A stretch of DNA of 64,000 nt from Bdellovibrionales bacterium (GTDB lineage Bacteria; Bdellovibrionota; Bdellovibrionia; Bdellovibrionales; JAGQZY01). A program made the translations under genes and the position numbers. Below are positions 62,288-64,000 of the stretch, piece after piece. The stretch lies in contig JBGSUL010000032.1 of assembly GCA_041736155.1 (NCBI GenBank), forward strand, positions 16,554 through 80,553, in the 5' to 3' direction. Position 1 is the stretch's first letter, and each line of letters starts with the position of its first letter. The notes beneath the pieces were generated by a model, which saw nothing but the letters and a program-made list of their open reading frames with translations, was not told the origin of the DNA and made no database searches.

Positions 62288-64000
62288 TTAACAGTTTAAA
62301 TTTAACGTCGCCGCAGAGGACTTCTTCCTCTGCGGACTGAGTTGGTCGCGATATTCCTTCAGATAAATTCCCGTAACACTCGACGAATTTTGCACAATGT
62401 CTTCGGGAGATCCATAGGCAATGACATAGCCTCCGCCCTCGCCCCCTTCGGGTCCAAGATCGATGATATAGTCAGAAGCAAAAAGTAGGTCTAAATTGTG
62501 TTCAATGACAATCACTGTATGACCGTTGTCCACCAGTCGGTGAAGAATCTGCGACAAGCGAGCAATATCATGGGTGTGAAGACCCGTTGTAGGTTCATCT
62601 AAAATATAAACAGTATGCTGAGATGACTGTTTTGAAAGCTCGCGGCTTAATTTAATTCTTTGCGCTTCCCCACCCGAAAGGGTCGTCGAACTTTGTCCCA
62701 ACGTCATATAGTCCAAGCCCACATCGTTGAGGAACGTGAGTTTTCTAAAAATGGCAGAATGGTTCTCGAAAAATGGCAACGCTTCCGCCACCGACATTTC
62801 TAAGACGTCGGCAATATTTTTATCTTTATACTTAATAAGCATGGTTTCTTGGGAGTACCGTCGGCCCCCGCACACATCACAACGAACAAAACTGTCGGCA
62901 AGAAAATGCATACTTGTGCGAATCATACCTGCGCCCTGACAAGCTTCGCAGCGCCCGCCTTTCACGTTAAAACTAAAGTGTCCAGGTTTATAGCCACGCA
63001 TTTTAGCATCAGGCAAGTTGGCAAAAAGATCGCGGATCAAAGGAAACAGACCCACATAAGTGGCTGGGCAGGAACGTGGCGTTCTGCCGATGGGTTTTTG
63101 ATTGATGGGGAGAGCTTTTTCGATATGCTCGACACCGGTGATTTTTTTCAGAGCACCCACGGGATAATTCTTTTTAGAATGAGTGTTCATCAGTGATGGC
63201 AGTAGAGTGTCCATAATCAGAGTGGACTTTCCACTTCCTGAAACCCCTGAGACGGCGACCAGGGCGCCCAATGGGATCTTCACGTCTACCGAATGAAGAT
63301 TGTTTTCCGTTGCCCCTTCTAAAGAGAGCCAATTTTTAAAATCTTTTCGACGATGTGTAGGAATGGGGAACTGCATTTGTCGTGAGAGGTATTTGCCAGT
63401 CAGACTGCGAGGCGCAGCACGAATTTCATCTACAGTGCCGGCAGCCAATATTTCTCCCCCCTGCGAACCGGCACCAGGACCGACATCAATCACATAGTCC
63501 GCAGTGAGAATCGTTTCTTCATCATGCTCGACCACAATCACGGTGTTCCCACGGGAACGAATTTCTTGCAGGAGTTTGAGAATATTTTTATGGTCGCGAG
63601 GATGTAATCCAATACTTGGCTCATCGAGAACGTAAAGAACACCGATAAGGGGCGCTCCCACTTGGGAAGCAAGGCGAATTCTTTGGGCTTCCCCACCCGA
63701 GAGCGTTCGGGTTCGTCGTGATAAACTGAGATAACCAGCGCCAGCCATCGTAAGGTAACCTAAACGTTGATTGAGTTCGGCGAGAATCTTTTCGGCGATT
63801 TCTTTTTGTGATCCTGCAAGTTTCAACTGTCCGCAAAATTCGAGCAGGCGGGTTACAGACATCGAAGAAAGATCGACAATATTTTTTTTCTGAATAAGGA
63901 CATGCAGGGCATCTTTTTTAAGTCCTGTGCCAGAGCAATCAGGGCAGTTTCTCAGTGTAACAAAGTCGGAGCCCTCTTCATCGTCCTCATTCTCACCACG
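62288..64000 (-). CDS. uvrA: Excinuclease ABC subunit UvrA, C-terminal ~570 aa. The 5' end runs off the right edge of the window.
   Basis: Walker A motif GVSGSGKSTL, two LSGGEAQR signatures, and the zinc finger CEACQGAG...CDVCGG. The reading frame stays open upstream of the track ORF start (63862) to position 64000. Confidence 0.95.
   Translation of the reverse strand, partial: RGENEDDEEGSDFVTLRNCPDCSGTGLKKDALHVLIQKKNIVDLSSMSVTRLLEFCGQLKLAGSQKEIAEKILAELNQRLGYLTMAGAGYLSLSRRTRTLSGGEAQRIRLASQVGAPLIGVLYVLDEPSIGLHPRDHKNILKLLQEIRSRGNTVIVVEHDEETILTADYVIDVGPGAGSQGGEILAAGTVDEIRAAPRSLTGKYLSRQMQFPIPTHRRKDFKNWLSLEGATENNLHSVDVKIPLGALVAVSGVSGSGKSTLIMDTLLPSLMNTHSKKNYPVGALKKITGVEHIEKALPINQKPIGRTPRSCPATYVGLFPLIRDLFANLPDAKMRGYKPGHFSFNVKGGRCEACQGAGMIRTSMHFLADSFVRCDVCGGRRYSQETMLIKYKDKNIADVLEMSVAEALPFFENHSAIFRKLTFLNDVGLDYMTLGQSSTTLSGGEAQRIKLSRELSKQSSQHTVYILDEPTTGLHTHDIARLSQILHRLVDNGHTVIVIEHNLDLLFASDYIIDLGPEGGEGGGYVIAYGSPEDIVQNSSSVTGIYLKEYRDQLSPQRKKSSAATLNLNC

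Overview
The window looks like the replication-origin neighbourhood of a Gram-negative chromosome. The gene content resembles Bdellovibrio-type predatory bacteria, but that taxonomic placement is inference from content only.

Gene layout:
- The conserved backbone is rpmH-rnpA-yidD-yidC-jag-mnmE-mnmG-rsmG-[parS]-parA-parB on the minus strand and dnaA-dnaN-recF-gyrB-gyrA on the plus strand.
- A DnaA-box and AT-rich cluster lies in the dnaA-dnaN spacer (about 48.66-48.92 kb) and is probably oriC.
- From about 17 to 47 kb most genes are on the minus strand (exceptions: mfd, nagZ-like and a small lipoprotein gene). From about 47 to 62 kb every gene is on the plus strand. This fits divergent replication from that point.
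- Other content: rplU-rpmA-obg, tatBC, a two-unit M16 peptidase, hemW, grpE plus a CbpA-like J-protein, an LpoA-like TPR/PBP1 lipoprotein, lon, a patatin lipase, mfd, a periplasmic GH3 (NagZ-like) enzyme, an S8 protease and uvrA (partial).
- I saw no rRNA, tRNA, CRISPR array, transposase, integrase or phage genes. Nearly all spacers are under 260 bp.

Observations that deserve a second look:
1. A 64-aa single histone-fold protein.
2. A tightly coupled nuoA-H-J-K-L-M-N operon that encodes only the membrane arm of complex I. nuoB/C/D/E/F/G/I are absent from the locus.
3. A translationally coupled parA-parB-bactofilin unit running straight into atpF'FHAGDC, with two unknown genes appended.
4. An approximately 0.8-kb insert between rsmG and parA. 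It carries two identical perfectly palindromic parS sites flanking an oppositely oriented lipoprotein gene, plus a perfect 38-bp inverted repeat (159-bp element) just upstream of parA.
5. A split atp system in which the c subunit has a signal-peptide-like extension.
6. An L21 protein with an H1-like Lys/Ala tail.
7. An S8 protease with a tandem GGFIGG glycine-rich insert.
8. A pseudo-receiver protein with a long K-rich disordered region.

All calls come from reading the sequence and ORF translations and recognising motifs from memory. No searches were run.
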